Assembly (NCBI GenBank): GCA_945870915.1
Contig: CAMBUI010000001.1
Location: forward strand, 1 to 41,021
Length of the DNA: 41,021 bases
Direction: 5' to 3'
DNA from: Candidatus Kuenenia stuttgartensis
Lineage (GTDB): Bacteria > Planctomycetota > Phycisphaerae > Phycisphaerales > SM1A02
Part shown: positions 21,340-29,991 of the stretch, in pieces
Position numbering within the stretch: the stretch's first letter is position 1
Layout of the letters: the number at the start of each line of letters is the position of its first letter
The notes under the pieces: model-generated
Seen by the model: only the letters and a program-made list of their open reading frames with translations
The model's database searches: none
Told to the model about the DNA's origin: nothing
Position numbers and translations under genes: made by a program

Positions 21340-21648
21340 TCAGGCGGTCTCGCCGAAGTTGATCGCTCCGCCCTCGGGGGCGCGATCGACGACACGGACG
21401 AGAACCCAGGACTTGGTCTTCGAGATCGGGCGGCACTCGGCCACCTCGACACGGTCGCCCTGGTGCGACTCGTTCTTCTCGTCGTGCACCTGGAGGACAG
21501 TGCGCTTGCGCATCGTCTTGCCGTACTTCGCGTGCTTGCCGGAGTAGGCGATCACGACCTTGCGCGTCTTGTTGCGCTTGTCGCTCTCGACGATGCCGAT
21601 GCGGCGCGGGGAAGTCTCGGGGATGACGAGTTCAGTGTTCGTCGGCAT
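21340..21648 (-). CDS. rpsQ: 30S ribosomal protein S17 (uS17)
   Basis: 102-aa ORF containing KHAKYGKTMRKRTVLQVHDEKNESHQGDRVEVAECRPISKTKSW. Confidence 0.9.
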   Translation of the reverse strand: MPTNTELVIPETSPRRIGIVESDKRNKTRKVVIAYSGKHAKYGKTMRKRTVLQVHDEKNESHQGDRVEVAECRPISKTKSWVLVRVVDRAPEGGAINFGETA

Positions 21649-21676
21649 GGTTCAGTTCCTGGCCTCTTGGAGGCGC

Positions 21677-21877
21677 TTACGCCTTGGCGCCATTCGCGCG
21701 GGAATTCTGCTCGGTGAGCACACGGGCAAGATCCTTGCGAGCCTTGCCGATGCGGGAGTTGTCAGCGATCTTCTCGGTGGTCGACTGGCAACGGAGGTCG
21801 AAGAGCTCGCGGCGGAGGCGGGTGGCCTCGCCCTTGAGGTCGTCGGAGGAGAGCTTGCGGACGTCTGCGGGCTTCAT
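21677..21877 (-). CDS. rpmC: 50S ribosomal protein L29 (uL29)
   Basis: ORF-track 21677-21910, trimmed to the ATG at 21877 (MKPADVRKLSSDDLKGEATRLRRELFDLR), which is preceded by a CAGAAAG leader motif. The product is 66 aa. Confidence 0.85.
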   Translation of the reverse strand: MKPADVRKLSSDDLKGEATRLRRELFDLRCQSTTEKIADNSRIGKARKDLARVLTEQNSRANGAKA

Positions 21878-21940
21878 GGGTGACTCTTTCTGCTTCTCGG
21901 GATCCGGCACGCTGTCGTCCGGGTCCGATGTACATCCTGA

Positions 21941-22363
21941 TTAGACGGCGATGCGGCGACCGACGAAGCGGCACTTGACGGGCATCTTGTAGGCGATGCG
22001 CGCCATGGCCTGCTTGGCGAGGTCCTCGGGGACACCGGCGATCTCGAAGAGGATCGTGCCCGGCTTGATGCGCGCCGCCCAGTAGTCCACGTCGGCCTTA
22101 CCGGTACCCATTCGGGTCTCCAGCGGCTTCTTCGAGATGGGCTTGTCCGGGAAGACGCGGATGAAGATCTTGCCCTGACGGCGGAGGAAGTGCTGCGCCG
22201 CGATACGGCCGGCCTCGATCTGGCGACCGGTGAGCCAGTGCGGCTCGAGGGTCTGCAGGCCGTAGTCGCCGAACGCAACGTAATTGCCGCGCGTGGCATT
22301 GCCCTTCAGCTTGCCGCGCTGCTCTTTGCGGAACTTGACTCGCTTTGGCATCAGGTTGGACAT
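21941..22363 (-). CDS. rplP: 50S ribosomal protein L16 (uL16)
   Basis: 140-aa ORF with LMPKRVKFRKEQRG and RMGTGKADVDYW. Confidence 0.95.
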   Translation of the reverse strand: MSNLMPKRVKFRKEQRGKLKGNATRGNYVAFGDYGLQTLEPHWLTGRQIEAGRIAAQHFLRRQGKIFIRVFPDKPISKKPLETRMGTGKADVDYWAARIKPGTILFEIAGVPEDLAKQAMARIAYKMPVKCRFVGRRIAV

Positions 22364-22485
22364 GGGGTCCTCTTCTGTCTTCTGTCTGGTTGTTCGTGCC
22401 GTCGCATGCGCGGGGCACGGTTGATGTCACGTGATTCGCCGAGGCCAGCGCGGACGCGGGACCAGGCGGGAACGCCCGGACCGGC

Positions 22486-23190
22486 TCAGCGCCGACCGCG
22501 TGCGCGGGCGCGGCCACCGGCCGCGCTCGAGTGGGTCTGGTCCTCGTCGTGCTCGGTGTAGAGGCCCTTGAAGACCCACACCTTGACGCCGATGACGCCG
22601 TAGTTGGTCGAGCTGTGCGCGATCGCGTACTCGACGTTCGCCTGGAGCGTCGACAGCGGGATCGAGCCGAGGCGGGTATCGAGCGTGCGGCTCATTTCCG
22701 CACCGCCGAGACGGCCGGCGAGCAGGATGCGGATGCCCTTGGCACCGTTCTGCATCGAGCTCTCGGCGCGCATCTTGAGGATGCGGCGGAAGTTCGCGCG
22801 CTTCTTGAGCTGCTCGCCGATGCTCTCGGCGATGAGCTTGGCGTCGAGGTCGGGGTTCTTGATCTCGACGACCTTGAGGACGACCTTGCGGCCGGTCAGG
22901 GTCTGGAGATCCTTGGTCAGCGACTCGATGCCCGCGCCGCGAAGGCCGACGACCTGGCCGGGACGCGCGGTCTTCACGATCACCGTGAGCTCGTCGCGCG
23001 TGCGCTCGATCAGGATGTCGCTCACCGCCGCGAACGGCGGGGTGCGGTTGAGCCGCTTGTCGACGTACTGGCGGATCTTGTAGTCCTCGACGAGGAGGCT
23101 ACCGAACAGCGCCTTCGGTGCGAACCAGCGGGAGCGGTGGGCTTCGGTGATACCGACGCGGAAACCGAATGGATGGACCTTCTGTCCCAT
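22486..23190 (-). CDS. rpsC: 30S ribosomal protein S3 (uS3)
   Basis: 234-aa ORF with MGQKVHPFGFRVGI, a KH domain, and GRLGGAEMSR. Confidence 0.95.
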   Translation of the reverse strand: MGQKVHPFGFRVGITEAHRSRWFAPKALFGSLLVEDYKIRQYVDKRLNRTPPFAAVSDILIERTRDELTVIVKTARPGQVVGLRGAGIESLTKDLQTLTGRKVVLKVVEIKNPDLDAKLIAESIGEQLKKRANFRRILKMRAESSMQNGAKGIRILLAGRLGGAEMSRTLDTRLGSIPLSTLQANVEYAIAHSSTNYGVIGVKVWVFKGLYTEHDEDQTHSSAAGGRARARGRR

Positions 23191-23208
23191 AGTGAATCTC
23201 CGGAGCGA

Positions 23209-23544
23209 TTACGCCCCGCGCTCCTCGACTGCGATGTGGATGTGGCTGGTGCGCTTGCGGATGGGGTGGGCGCGACCGCGGTCCTTCGGCTGGAAACGGT
23301 CGAGGGTCGGACCCTCGTCGACGCGGGACTCGCTCACGACGAGCTTGGTCGGGTCCGCGTTCTTCTCCTCGGCGTTGGCGATCGCGCTCTTCAGCACGAC
23401 CGCGATGAACGCCGAGCCGCGCTTCTTCGAGAAGTCGAGCGCGACGAGCGCCTCGTCGACGCGCTTGCCGCGGATCATGTCCGCGACCAGGCGCGCCTTG
23501 CGGGGCGCAATACGGGCGAATCGGTGGCTGGCTTGGAATGCCAT
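23209..23544 (-). CDS. rplV: 50S ribosomal protein L22 (uL22)
   Basis: 111-aa ORF with ARIAPRKARLVADMIRGKRVDEAL and RGRAHPIRKRTSHI. Confidence 0.9.
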   Translation of the reverse strand: MAFQASHRFARIAPRKARLVADMIRGKRVDEALVALDFSKKRGSAFIAVVLKSAIANAEEKNADPTKLVVSESRVDEGPTLDRFQPKDRGRAHPIRKRTSHIHIAVEERGA

Positions 23545-23575
23545 GGTGGTTACCTCACAAGGCTAGAGCCGGGGC

Positions 23576-23854
23576 TCAGGACTTGAGTTCTTCCTTCTTG
23601 TTCGTGTGGCCGCGGAACGTGCAGGTGTGCGAGAACTCGCCGAGCTTGTGGCCGACCATGTCCTCGGTGCAGTACACGTCGACGAACTGACGGCCGTTGT
23701 GCACCTGGAAGGTGAAGCCGATGAACTCGGGCACGATGGTGCACGCGCGGGCCCAGGTCTTGATGGGAGTGCGCTTGGAACTCGCCTCCTGCTTCTGGAC
23801 CTTGCGGTACAGGCTCTCGACGACGTAGGGACCCTTCTTGAGCGAACGAGACAT
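23576..23854 (-). CDS. rpsS: 30S ribosomal protein S19 (uS19)
   Basis: 92-aa ORF with [11 protein letters not shown] and [16 protein letters not shown]. Confidence 0.95.
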   Translation of the reverse strand: MSRSLKKGPYVVESLYRKVQKQEASSKRTPIKTWARACTIVPEFIGFTFQVHNGRQFVDVYCTEDMVGHKLGEFSHTCTFRGHTNKKEELKS

Positions 23855-23919
23855 GGTGTGTTCTCTGCTGGTTCTCGCCGCACTCGCGGCGTGGATCTTT
23901 CTGACTTCCTACTGGCCTC

Positions 23920-23997
23920 TTCAGCACTCCGCGGGTACCCCGCGGAATGCGACTCGACCCTTTCAGCATTCCGCGGGTACCCCGCGGAATGCGACTC
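23920..23997 (-). repeat. tandem hairpin repeat family B: two 36-nt units, each with an 11-12-bp stem
   Basis: Units lie at 23920-23955 and 23962-23997 (ttcagca[c/t]tccgcgggtaccccgcggaatgcgactc). The core palindrome GCATTCCGCGGG-TAC-CCCGCGGAATGC is at 23966-23992. The array starts on the rplB stop codon. Confidence 0.85.
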
Positions 23998-24847
23998 AAA
24001 GCTTGAGCTGGCCGTAGCGCTTGCTCTTGCGGCGACGGATGATGCGCGAATCGCTGGACTTGCCGTAGCGACGCGTGCGACCACCCTTGGCCTGCGTACC
24101 GGAGTAGTTGGACGGCTCGCGGCCACCCTTCGACACCGAGCCACCGCCGTGCGGGTGGGCATGGTGGCTCATGGCGATACCACGGGTCGTGGGACGGCGG
24201 CCCTTCCAGCGGTTGCGGCCGGCCTTGCCGATCACGACGTTCGCGTGATCCGCGTTGCCGACTTCGCCGACGGTCGCGCGGCACTCCATCGAGACCTGCC
24301 GGATTTCGCCGGACGGGAGCACGAGGGTCGCCCAGCGGCCTTCCTTGTTGGTGAGGCGCGCGTACATGCCCGCGCCGCGGCACATGCGGCCACCGGCGCC
24401 CGGCTCGACCTCCACGTTGTGGAGCGCGAGACCGGTCGGGATGTGCTTCAGCGGCATGCTGTTGCCCGGCTTCGGATCGACGGGCTCGGGGGAGCTCATG
24501 ACCGTGTCGCCGGCCTTCAGGCCCTTCGGGGCGAGGATGTAGCGGAGCTCGCCATCGGCGTACTTGAGCAGCGCGATGTGCGACGAGCGGTTGGGGTCGT
24601 ACTCGATGCCGACGACGAGGGCGGCGATGCCGTCCTTGTTGCGGCGGAAGTCGATCTTGCGGTAGCGGCGCTTGTGACCGCCGCCGCGACCCGCGATCGT
24701 GATCTTGCCCTGGACGTTGCGGCCGGAGCCACGGACGAGCGGGGCGAGAAGGCTCTTCTCAGGGCTCTTCTTCGTCACTTCCGAGTGGAGGTTCACCGAC
24801 GCGTTGCGGCGTCCGTTGGTGACCTTCTTGTAAACACGAATTGCCAT
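23996..24847 (-). CDS. rplB: 50S ribosomal protein L2 (uL2)
   Basis: 283-aa ORF with GRGGGHKRRYR and GIAMSHHAHPHGGG. Confidence 0.95.
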   Translation of the reverse strand: MAIRVYKKVTNGRRNASVNLHSEVTKKSPEKSLLAPLVRGSGRNVQGKITIAGRGGGHKRRYRKIDFRRNKDGIAALVVGIEYDPNRSSHIALLKYADGELRYILAPKGLKAGDTVMSSPEPVDPKPGNSMPLKHIPTGLALHNVEVEPGAGGRMCRGAGMYARLTNKEGRWATLVLPSGEIRQVSMECRATVGEVGNADHANVVIGKAGRNRWKGRRPTTRGIAMSHHAHPHGGGSVSKGGREPSNYSGTQAKGGRTRRYGKSSDSRIIRRRKSKRYGQLKL

Positions 24848-24866
24848 TGGTGGTTTACCTCAAGGC

Positions 24867-25145
24867 TCAGAAGAGCTCGATCTTGTCTTCGGGGTGGATC
24901 TTGACGACGGCGCGCTTCCAGACCTTGCCCTCGACGATGCCGTAGCGGTAGGCGCGGGCGCGGATGTGGCGGTTCTGGGTCGCGACTCCGACGACGCGCA
25001 CCTTGTACAGCGACTCAACGGCCTTCTTGATGTCGGTCTTGGTCGCGAGACGCGAGACCTCGAACGCGAAGCGGTTGTGGTGGCCGGAACCCCAGGTGAC
25101 CTTCTCGGTCACGAGCGGGCGAACGATGATATGGATGGGGTCCAT
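24867..25145 (-). CDS. rplW: 50S ribosomal protein L23 (uL23)
   Basis: 92-aa ORF with IIVRPLVTEK and KKAVESLYKVRV. It abuts the rplD stop. Confidence 0.9.
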   Translation of the reverse strand: MDPIHIIVRPLVTEKVTWGSGHHNRFAFEVSRLATKTDIKKAVESLYKVRVVGVATQNRHIRARAYRYGIVEGKVWKRAVVKIHPEDKIELF

Positions 25146-25853
25146 TTACTTGGCCTCCTTCTTGGCCTTCGGGGCCTTGGCAGGCTTGCTCTCGACGGCG
25201 GTCGCGTCAGCGTCCGCGGCCTCGAAGCAGGTCTCGTTGAGGAAGGCGACGAGCGCGGCCTTGTCCACCACGAGGAAGCGGTGGTTGAGGAGCGCGAAGA
25301 CGTTGAGCTGGTCGATGCGGCAGACGTCGACGTTGGCGACGTTGCGCGCCGACAGCATGGCGTTGCGGTTCGACTTGTCGGTGGCGACCAGGCAGGTGCG
25401 GTTCACGCCGACCGACTCGATCATCTTGGCGAAGTCCGAGGTCTTCGGAGCCTTGAAGTCGAGCGCGGCGAAGCACTTCACCTCGTTGTCGACGAGCTTG
25501 GCGAGCAGCGCGTTGCGGTTGGCAAGGCGGCGCATCTTCTTGGGAAGCTCGGTGCGGAAGTCCTCGCGGGTGCGGGTCTTCTTGAAGGTCACACCGCCGC
25601 CCTTGCGGATCGGCGTGCGGGCGGCGCCGGCGCGCGCGTTGCCGGTGCCCTTCTGCTTGTAGAGCTTGCGGGTCGAACCCTCGATGTCTCCGCGGCTCTT
25701 GGTGCGCGCGGAGCCCTGTCGCTGGTTGCCGTGGGTGATGACGTACGCCTGCTTGAGGAGCGCGTGACGGATCTCTCCGCCGAGCGACTGCTCGTCAATC
25801 TTCAGGCTGTCGACTTTCTTGCCGGTGGAATCGTAGATCGGCAGATCGATCAT
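25146..25853 (-). CDS. rplD: 50S ribosomal protein L4 (uL4)
   Basis: 235-aa ORF with YKQKGTGNARAGAARTPIRKGGGVTF, plus a short Lys/Ala-rich C-terminal tail. Confidence 0.9.
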   Translation of the reverse strand: MIDLPIYDSTGKKVDSLKIDEQSLGGEIRHALLKQAYVITHGNQRQGSARTKSRGDIEGSTRKLYKQKGTGNARAGAARTPIRKGGGVTFKKTRTREDFRTELPKKMRRLANRNALLAKLVDNEVKCFAALDFKAPKTSDFAKMIESVGVNRTCLVATDKSNRNAMLSARNVANVDVCRIDQLNVFALLNHRFLVVDKAALVAFLNETCFEAADADATAVESKPAKAPKAKKEAK

Positions 25854-26118
25854 AAACTTCGCCTCTCGCGGGCTCGGCCCGCTGTTCGCTTCATCCTCCG
25901 CGTGCCTGTTGTTGGCGGCACGGGGCAGGATTCAACTCGGTGAATGGGTCTTGGCCGGTCTTCGACAAACCTTGACCCGGTACTTGTCTTGCCAACTGGT
26001 TCCCTTGCGGGCCTTGCTGGCGCCTGAGTTCCTTGTTGCAGGTCTCAGGCCTTGTCTTCACCTCACACACGCTCGTCCTGGCTCCCGCGCCAGGATGAGA
26101 AACCCTCTATTGCGCGGC

Positions 26119-26820
26119 TTACTTCTTGCCGAGCTTCTTCGCCTTGCGCTTGAAGAGGCGCGTGGCGGGACGGATGAAGAGGTATCCGTCGTTCGCACCG
26201 GGAACCGGGCCCTTGACGAGCAGCAGGTTCTTCTCGGCGTCGATCTTGACGACATCCAGGCTGCGGACCGTGATCCGCTCGTTGCCGAGCTGACCGGACA
26301 TGCGCTTGCCCTTCTTGATCTTGGCGCCATGGCCACGGTCGGTGCCGTGCGAGCCGATGCCGCCCGAAGTGCGGTGCTTGCGCTCGGTGCCGTGGGTGGC
26401 CGACATGCCCTTGAAGTTGTTGCGCTTCATGTTGCCGGCGAAGCCCTTACCCTTGCTCGTGCCGATCACGTCGACGTAGGAGGTGCCGTCGAGGGCACTC
26501 ACGTCGATGACCTGGCCGAGCTGGAAGCCGTTCGCAACAGCGTCGTCGGCAACGCGAACCTCGCGGTGCATGCGCTTCGGGGCCGAACCGGCCTTGGCGT
26601 CATGACCGATCATGGGGATCGTCGAGTTGCGCGCCTTCATGTCGTCGAAGGCGATCTGGATCGCGGAGTAGCCGTGGCGGTCGGCGGTCTTGACCTGCGT
26701 GACGACGCAGGGACCGGCCTCGATGACCGTGACGGGGATGTTCTTGCCATCCTCGAGGAAGTAACGCGTCATGCCGATCTTGCGGCCGAGGATCGCGATC
26801 TTGCTGGGGGTTGCGCTCAT
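26119..26820 (-). CDS. rplC: 50S ribosomal protein L3 (uL3)
   Basis: 233-aa ORF with ILGRKIGMTRYF, GTSKGKGFAGNMKR and GSHGTDRGHGAKIKKGKRMSGQLG. Confidence 0.95.
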   Translation of the reverse strand: MSATPSKIAILGRKIGMTRYFLEDGKNIPVTVIEAGPCVVTQVKTADRHGYSAIQIAFDDMKARNSTIPMIGHDAKAGSAPKRMHREVRVADDAVANGFQLGQVIDVSALDGTSYVDVIGTSKGKGFAGNMKRNNFKGMSATHGTERKHRTSGGIGSHGTDRGHGAKIKKGKRMSGQLGNERITVRSLDVVKIDAEKNLLLVKGPVPGANDGYLFIRPATRLFKRKAKKLGKK

Positions 26821-26931
26821 GTCCAGTTCGCTTTCTTGAGTTCCGTCAGGGGTTCGGTCACCGGTGTTCCGGGCCGCACATGACGCTCGTGTTTGCTGCT
26901 CTTGCTGCGACCGTTGTTCGGCCGCAACCGT

Positions 26932-26996
26932 GAATCTCAGTCTCGAATCTCAGTCTCGAATCTCAGTCTCGAATCTCAGTCTCGAATCTCTGTCTC
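26932..26996 (-). repeat. 13-nt direct tandem repeat x5 (gaatctcagtctc) in the rpsJ-rplC spacer
   Basis: There are four perfect copies and one copy with a single mismatch, read directly from the sequence. The unit length is not a multiple of 3. On the mRNA the unit reads GAGACUGAGAUUC. Confidence 0.9.
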
Positions 26997-27030
26997 GGCC
27001 CGCGGCCAGCACTTGGCCGCAGGCGTGAAG

Positions 27031-27339
27031 TCAGGCCTTGATGCGGAGGAACACACCCGCCGGAACCACGAGGCGCTGCAGCGCGTCGGTGGTGCGGTGA
27101 TTCCAGTCCGTGATGTCGATCACGCGCTTGTGCGTTCGGATCTCGAACTGCTCGCGCGACTTCTTATCGATGAACGGAGAACGGTTGACCGTGTAGATCT
27201 CGCGGCGCGTCGGCAGCGGGATGGGTCCCGCGACGCGTGCGCCGGTGCGCTTGGCCTGGTCGACGATCTCGCGCGCCGAAGCGTCGAGAGCTTGATGGTC
27301 GTAGGCCTCCATGCGAATCCGGAACTTGCCGCCAGTCAT
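27031..27339 (-). CDS. rpsJ: 30S ribosomal protein S10 (uS10)
   Basis: ORF-track 27031-27501, trimmed to the ATG at 27339 ([19 protein letters not shown]...). The product is 102 aa and contains GPIPLPT and [14 protein letters not shown]. Confidence 0.95.
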   Translation of the reverse strand: MTGGKFRIRMEAYDHQALDASAREIVDQAKRTGARVAGPIPLPTRREIYTVNRSPFIDKKSREQFEIRTHKRVIDITDWNHRTTDALQRLVVPAGVFLRIKA

Positions 27340-27646
27340 TGAGTGTCGCCTCGTTCTTGTGTTCGGTGTTTCGTCTGACTCTGACTCACGCGCCGCGCGG
27401 CTCCATCGGGGGTCGCGGGCGCATCGGGTTTTGAAGCCGATTTTCACACTGCTGTCGGTGCGTGCCGGCTTCGAATCGCCTGCACGCCGCTCACTTGCCA
27501 ACCCGTCTGCCGCATCGCGCGCAGTGGCGAAATGCAGAGACGATCACACGCAACGGCAACACGGCCGAAGCGACGCGAATCGGCGAAGATAGCAAATCCA
27601 CCGTTCCTGTCAATGCGGTCCGCGGGTGCAACTTGAGCGAGTTCCG

Positions 27647-29233
27647 ATGATTTGCGTTATTGGTCGCACCGTGAGGCAATTGCCGCGGAGGTTCTCTTCG
27701 ACCGCGAAGCCTCTCCACCGTACCATCCGCGCCGTGCCGCACGCCCACTCCTCATCCCGTGGATGCCGCCCGCTGGGCGCGACCGTGATCCTCGCCGCCA
27801 CACTTGCGACCCTGGTTGGGGTCCGGCAGCTGCATGCCGCGAGGTTCTCGGGCGTGGATTCGGCGCAGCGCACCGCCCCGCGCGCCCCCGTTGCCCCCGC
27901 GAAGGCTCCCGCGACCACTCCCCCTGCCGACGGGCTCGCCGAAACGCCCCTCGAGGCGGAGGGTCTCGGCTTCACGATGCGCGTTCCCGTGGGCACGGCT
28001 GTCCGGGTCGAGCGCGCGCCGACGGTGAGCTACCTGCTGTCGGACGGGGCGGAGGCGTCGGCCTGGCGTCTGCGCGCCACCACGGTCCGGGCCTCCAAGG
28101 TGGGCACCACCGCACGCAGCCAGTGCGAGGACTACATCGCCGACCTCCGCAAGCGGGACCAGAAGTTCGATGTCGTGGCCGACGAGCCCCGCGGCATCGC
28201 CGGAACCGACTCCCACCTGGTCTATCTCGGCGTCCCGCTCGAGGCCGGCGGCCGCGGAATCATGGGGATGCTCGTGGTTCCGAACGCGCCGGACTCGTAC
28301 CTCGTCTTCTCGCTGCTGATCGTCGACTCGGAGTTCGCGCGGGCGCGCAGCCTGCTCGACCGCAGCTTCGCCACCATCGCGCTGCGCGACATCGCGAAGT
28401 CGCTGGTGGAGAACACGGATCTGATGGTGCGCGGCGCCGAGATCGTCGCGGCGATCACGCCGGAAGCGCTCCGCGCGACGGTCGATGCGGCGCCGAGGGT
28501 CTATCGCATGTGGCGTCCCGACGGCGAGGGAGGCAGGAAGGACTACGGCTACATGGTGGTGCGCGTGCGCGAAGGCCAGCTCGGCGAGGTCGACGCGTCG
28601 AAGAATCCAGCCAAGTTCGAGGGCGAGGACAAGGACACCGGCCTCCTGGCGCTGATCGACGCGCGGGTGGTCGTGAACGACGACCCGCAGCACACGCTCG
28701 ACGCGCAGAGCCGCTACTTCGTGCGCTGGGACCGCTCGAGCGAGTCGTGGTCGCTGCGCTCGACCGAGCGTCACAAGCGCGCCACCCGTTCCAGCGCGCA
28801 GACCGGGATCCGACTCGCGCCCACCACGGGCGCTCCGCGCCCCAAGCTGCAGGTGATCGCCTCGAGCCGCGACGGCATGACCCGCGAGCCGCAGGAATGG
28901 GCTGTCCCGCCGGTCTACCTGTCGCAGGCGGAGCTGATTGTGCTGGGCGAGCTGCTGCCGCGCGATCCCGCGGCGGGCACCATCGAATTCAAGGACTACG
29001 CGTTCGACCAGCGCGACCAGAAGCTCCCCCAGCGCAAGGAGACCTGGACGCCGATCGAGGGCGGCTGGCGGCTCGAGACGCAGCAGGGCTCGGCGCCCGC
29101 GAAGATCGTGCAGGAGTTCGACGCCCGCGGCGAGCGCGTGCGGCGCGTCGACATCGACGGTTCGGTGACGGAGCTGATCGAGCTCGAGGATCTCCGCAAG
29201 CTCTGGAAGTCGAAGGGCCTCCCGGTCGACTGA
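27647..29233 (+). CDS. hypothetical secreted or membrane-anchored protein, no recognised domain
   Basis: Long + ORF (track 27626-29233). An N-terminal hydrophobic segment GATVILAATLATLVGV is followed by LHA-A. The stop overlaps the next gene's ATG (TGATG). The start is uncertain: GTG 27626, ATG 27647, or a later GTG. Confidence 0.6.
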   Translation: MICVIGRTVRQLPRRFSSTAKPLHRTIRAVPHAHSSSRGCRPLGATVILAATLATLVGVRQLHAARFSGVDSAQRTAPRAPVAPAKAPATTPPADGLAETPLEAEGLGFTMRVPVGTAVRVERAPTVSYLLSDGAEASAWRLRATTVRASKVGTTARSQCEDYIADLRKRDQKFDVVADEPRGIAGTDSHLVYLGVPLEAGGRGIMGMLVVPNAPDSYLVFSLLIVDSEFARARSLLDRSFATIALRDIAKSLVENTDLMVRGAEIVAAITPEALRATVDAAPRVYRMWRPDGEGGRKDYGYMVVRVREGQLGEVDASKNPAKFEGEDKDTGLLALIDARVVVNDDPQHTLDAQSRYFVRWDRSSESWSLRSTERHKRATRSSAQTGIRLAPTTGAPRPKLQVIASSRDGMTREPQEWAVPPVYLSQAELIVLGELLPRDPAAGTIEFKDYAFDQRDQKLPQRKETWTPIEGGWRLETQQGSAPAKIVQEFDARGERVRRVDIDGSVTELIELEDLRKLWKSKGLPVD

Positions 29234-29991
29234 TGCGCCGCCTCGCCTCCATCTCCGCGGCCGTCGTGCTGTGCGCCGCGCCCGTCGCCTGCACCAGCAC
29301 CGACGCGCTGCGCACGGAGGGTGGCGCGGAACCGCGCTTCGCCATCGTGTCGCGCCACGACGCCGTCGCCGAGCGCACCGCCGCAGTCCCCGTGGAGACG
29401 CTGGTACCCCCCGTCGGCTCCGAACGCCGCTTCGTGGCGCTTGCGGGCGCGCGCAAGGGCAAGGTCGTCGTGCAACGCACGGTCGATGCCGGCGAGGGCC
29501 GGCTCGCGATCGAGGAGCATGACGGCGCCCCGTCCGAGCGGTTCGTGCTCGAGCCCCGCGATGGTGGCTACGCCATCTCGATGGTCGAGACCTACGGCGA
29601 GGACTCGCGGAGCGTCTTCGCACGCCCCCTGCTCTTCGCGCCCGCGCGGCTCACGTCGGGCGAGCAGCATCCCTGCGATTCGCCGATGGAGGTCACGCTG
29701 CTCTCCAACGGCAAGCCGCGCGCAAGCGGCACCGCGCGTCGGAACCTGCGGATCACCGGCGAAGCCGAGATCGATCTCCACGGCGAGCGGCTGCGCGCGA
29801 CGGTGGTCGAGGTCGAGTTCGTCGCCGAGCTCGACGCCGCGACCGCCCGCCGGGTGAGCGAGCTCTTCGTGGTGGCGGACCGCGGCGTCGTGGCCGAGCA
29901 ATGGCGGGAGCGGCTCCTGATCCTCGGGCTGATTCCCCGCAACAGCCGCGAAACCCTGGTGATCCAACCCACGAAGGGCGCCGCGCGATGA
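29233..29991 (+). CDS. hypothetical lipoprotein
   Basis: In frame with track ORF 27652-29991. The ATG at 29233 gives MRRLASISAAVVLCAAPVAC-TSTD, a signal peptide with a lipobox-like PVAC. The stop overlaps the GT2 start (ATGA). No recognised domain. Confidence 0.65.
   Translation: MRRLASISAAVVLCAAPVACTSTDALRTEGGAEPRFAIVSRHDAVAERTAAVPVETLVPPVGSERRFVALAGARKGKVVVQRTVDAGEGRLAIEEHDGAPSERFVLEPRDGGYAISMVETYGEDSRSVFARPLLFAPARLTSGEQHPCDSPMEVTLLSNGKPRASGTARRNLRITGEAEIDLHGERLRATVVEVEFVAELDAATARRVSELFVVADRGVVAEQWRERLLILGLIPRNSRETLVIQPTKGAAR

Noticed and set aside
25850-25894. A 14-aa upstream ORF (MKRTAGRARERRSL) on the - strand whose TGA overlaps the rplD ATG, preceded by GGAGG.
   Set aside because: The GGAGG abuts the ATG with zero spacing, which is not a functional SD geometry. 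The peptide has no distinctive features, and chance occurrence in 265 nt is likely. It is mentioned only as something to test if the spacer proves regulatory.
26893-27342. A 149-aa + strand ORF covering the 13-nt repeat array and running antisense to rpsJ.
   Set aside because: The 13-nt unit changes frame with every copy, so there is no coherent repeat peptide. The rest of the ORF is simply the antisense of the well-supported rpsJ gene.
27340-27646. Divergent promoters, an S10 leader, or a small RNA or tRNA in the 307-nt region between rpsJ and the four-gene operon.
   Set aside because: I could not identify convincing -35/-10 hexamers or a tRNA-like cloverleaf by eye. Only a small direct repeat (ctgactctgactc) is visible. 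Promoters must be present here, but I cannot place them.
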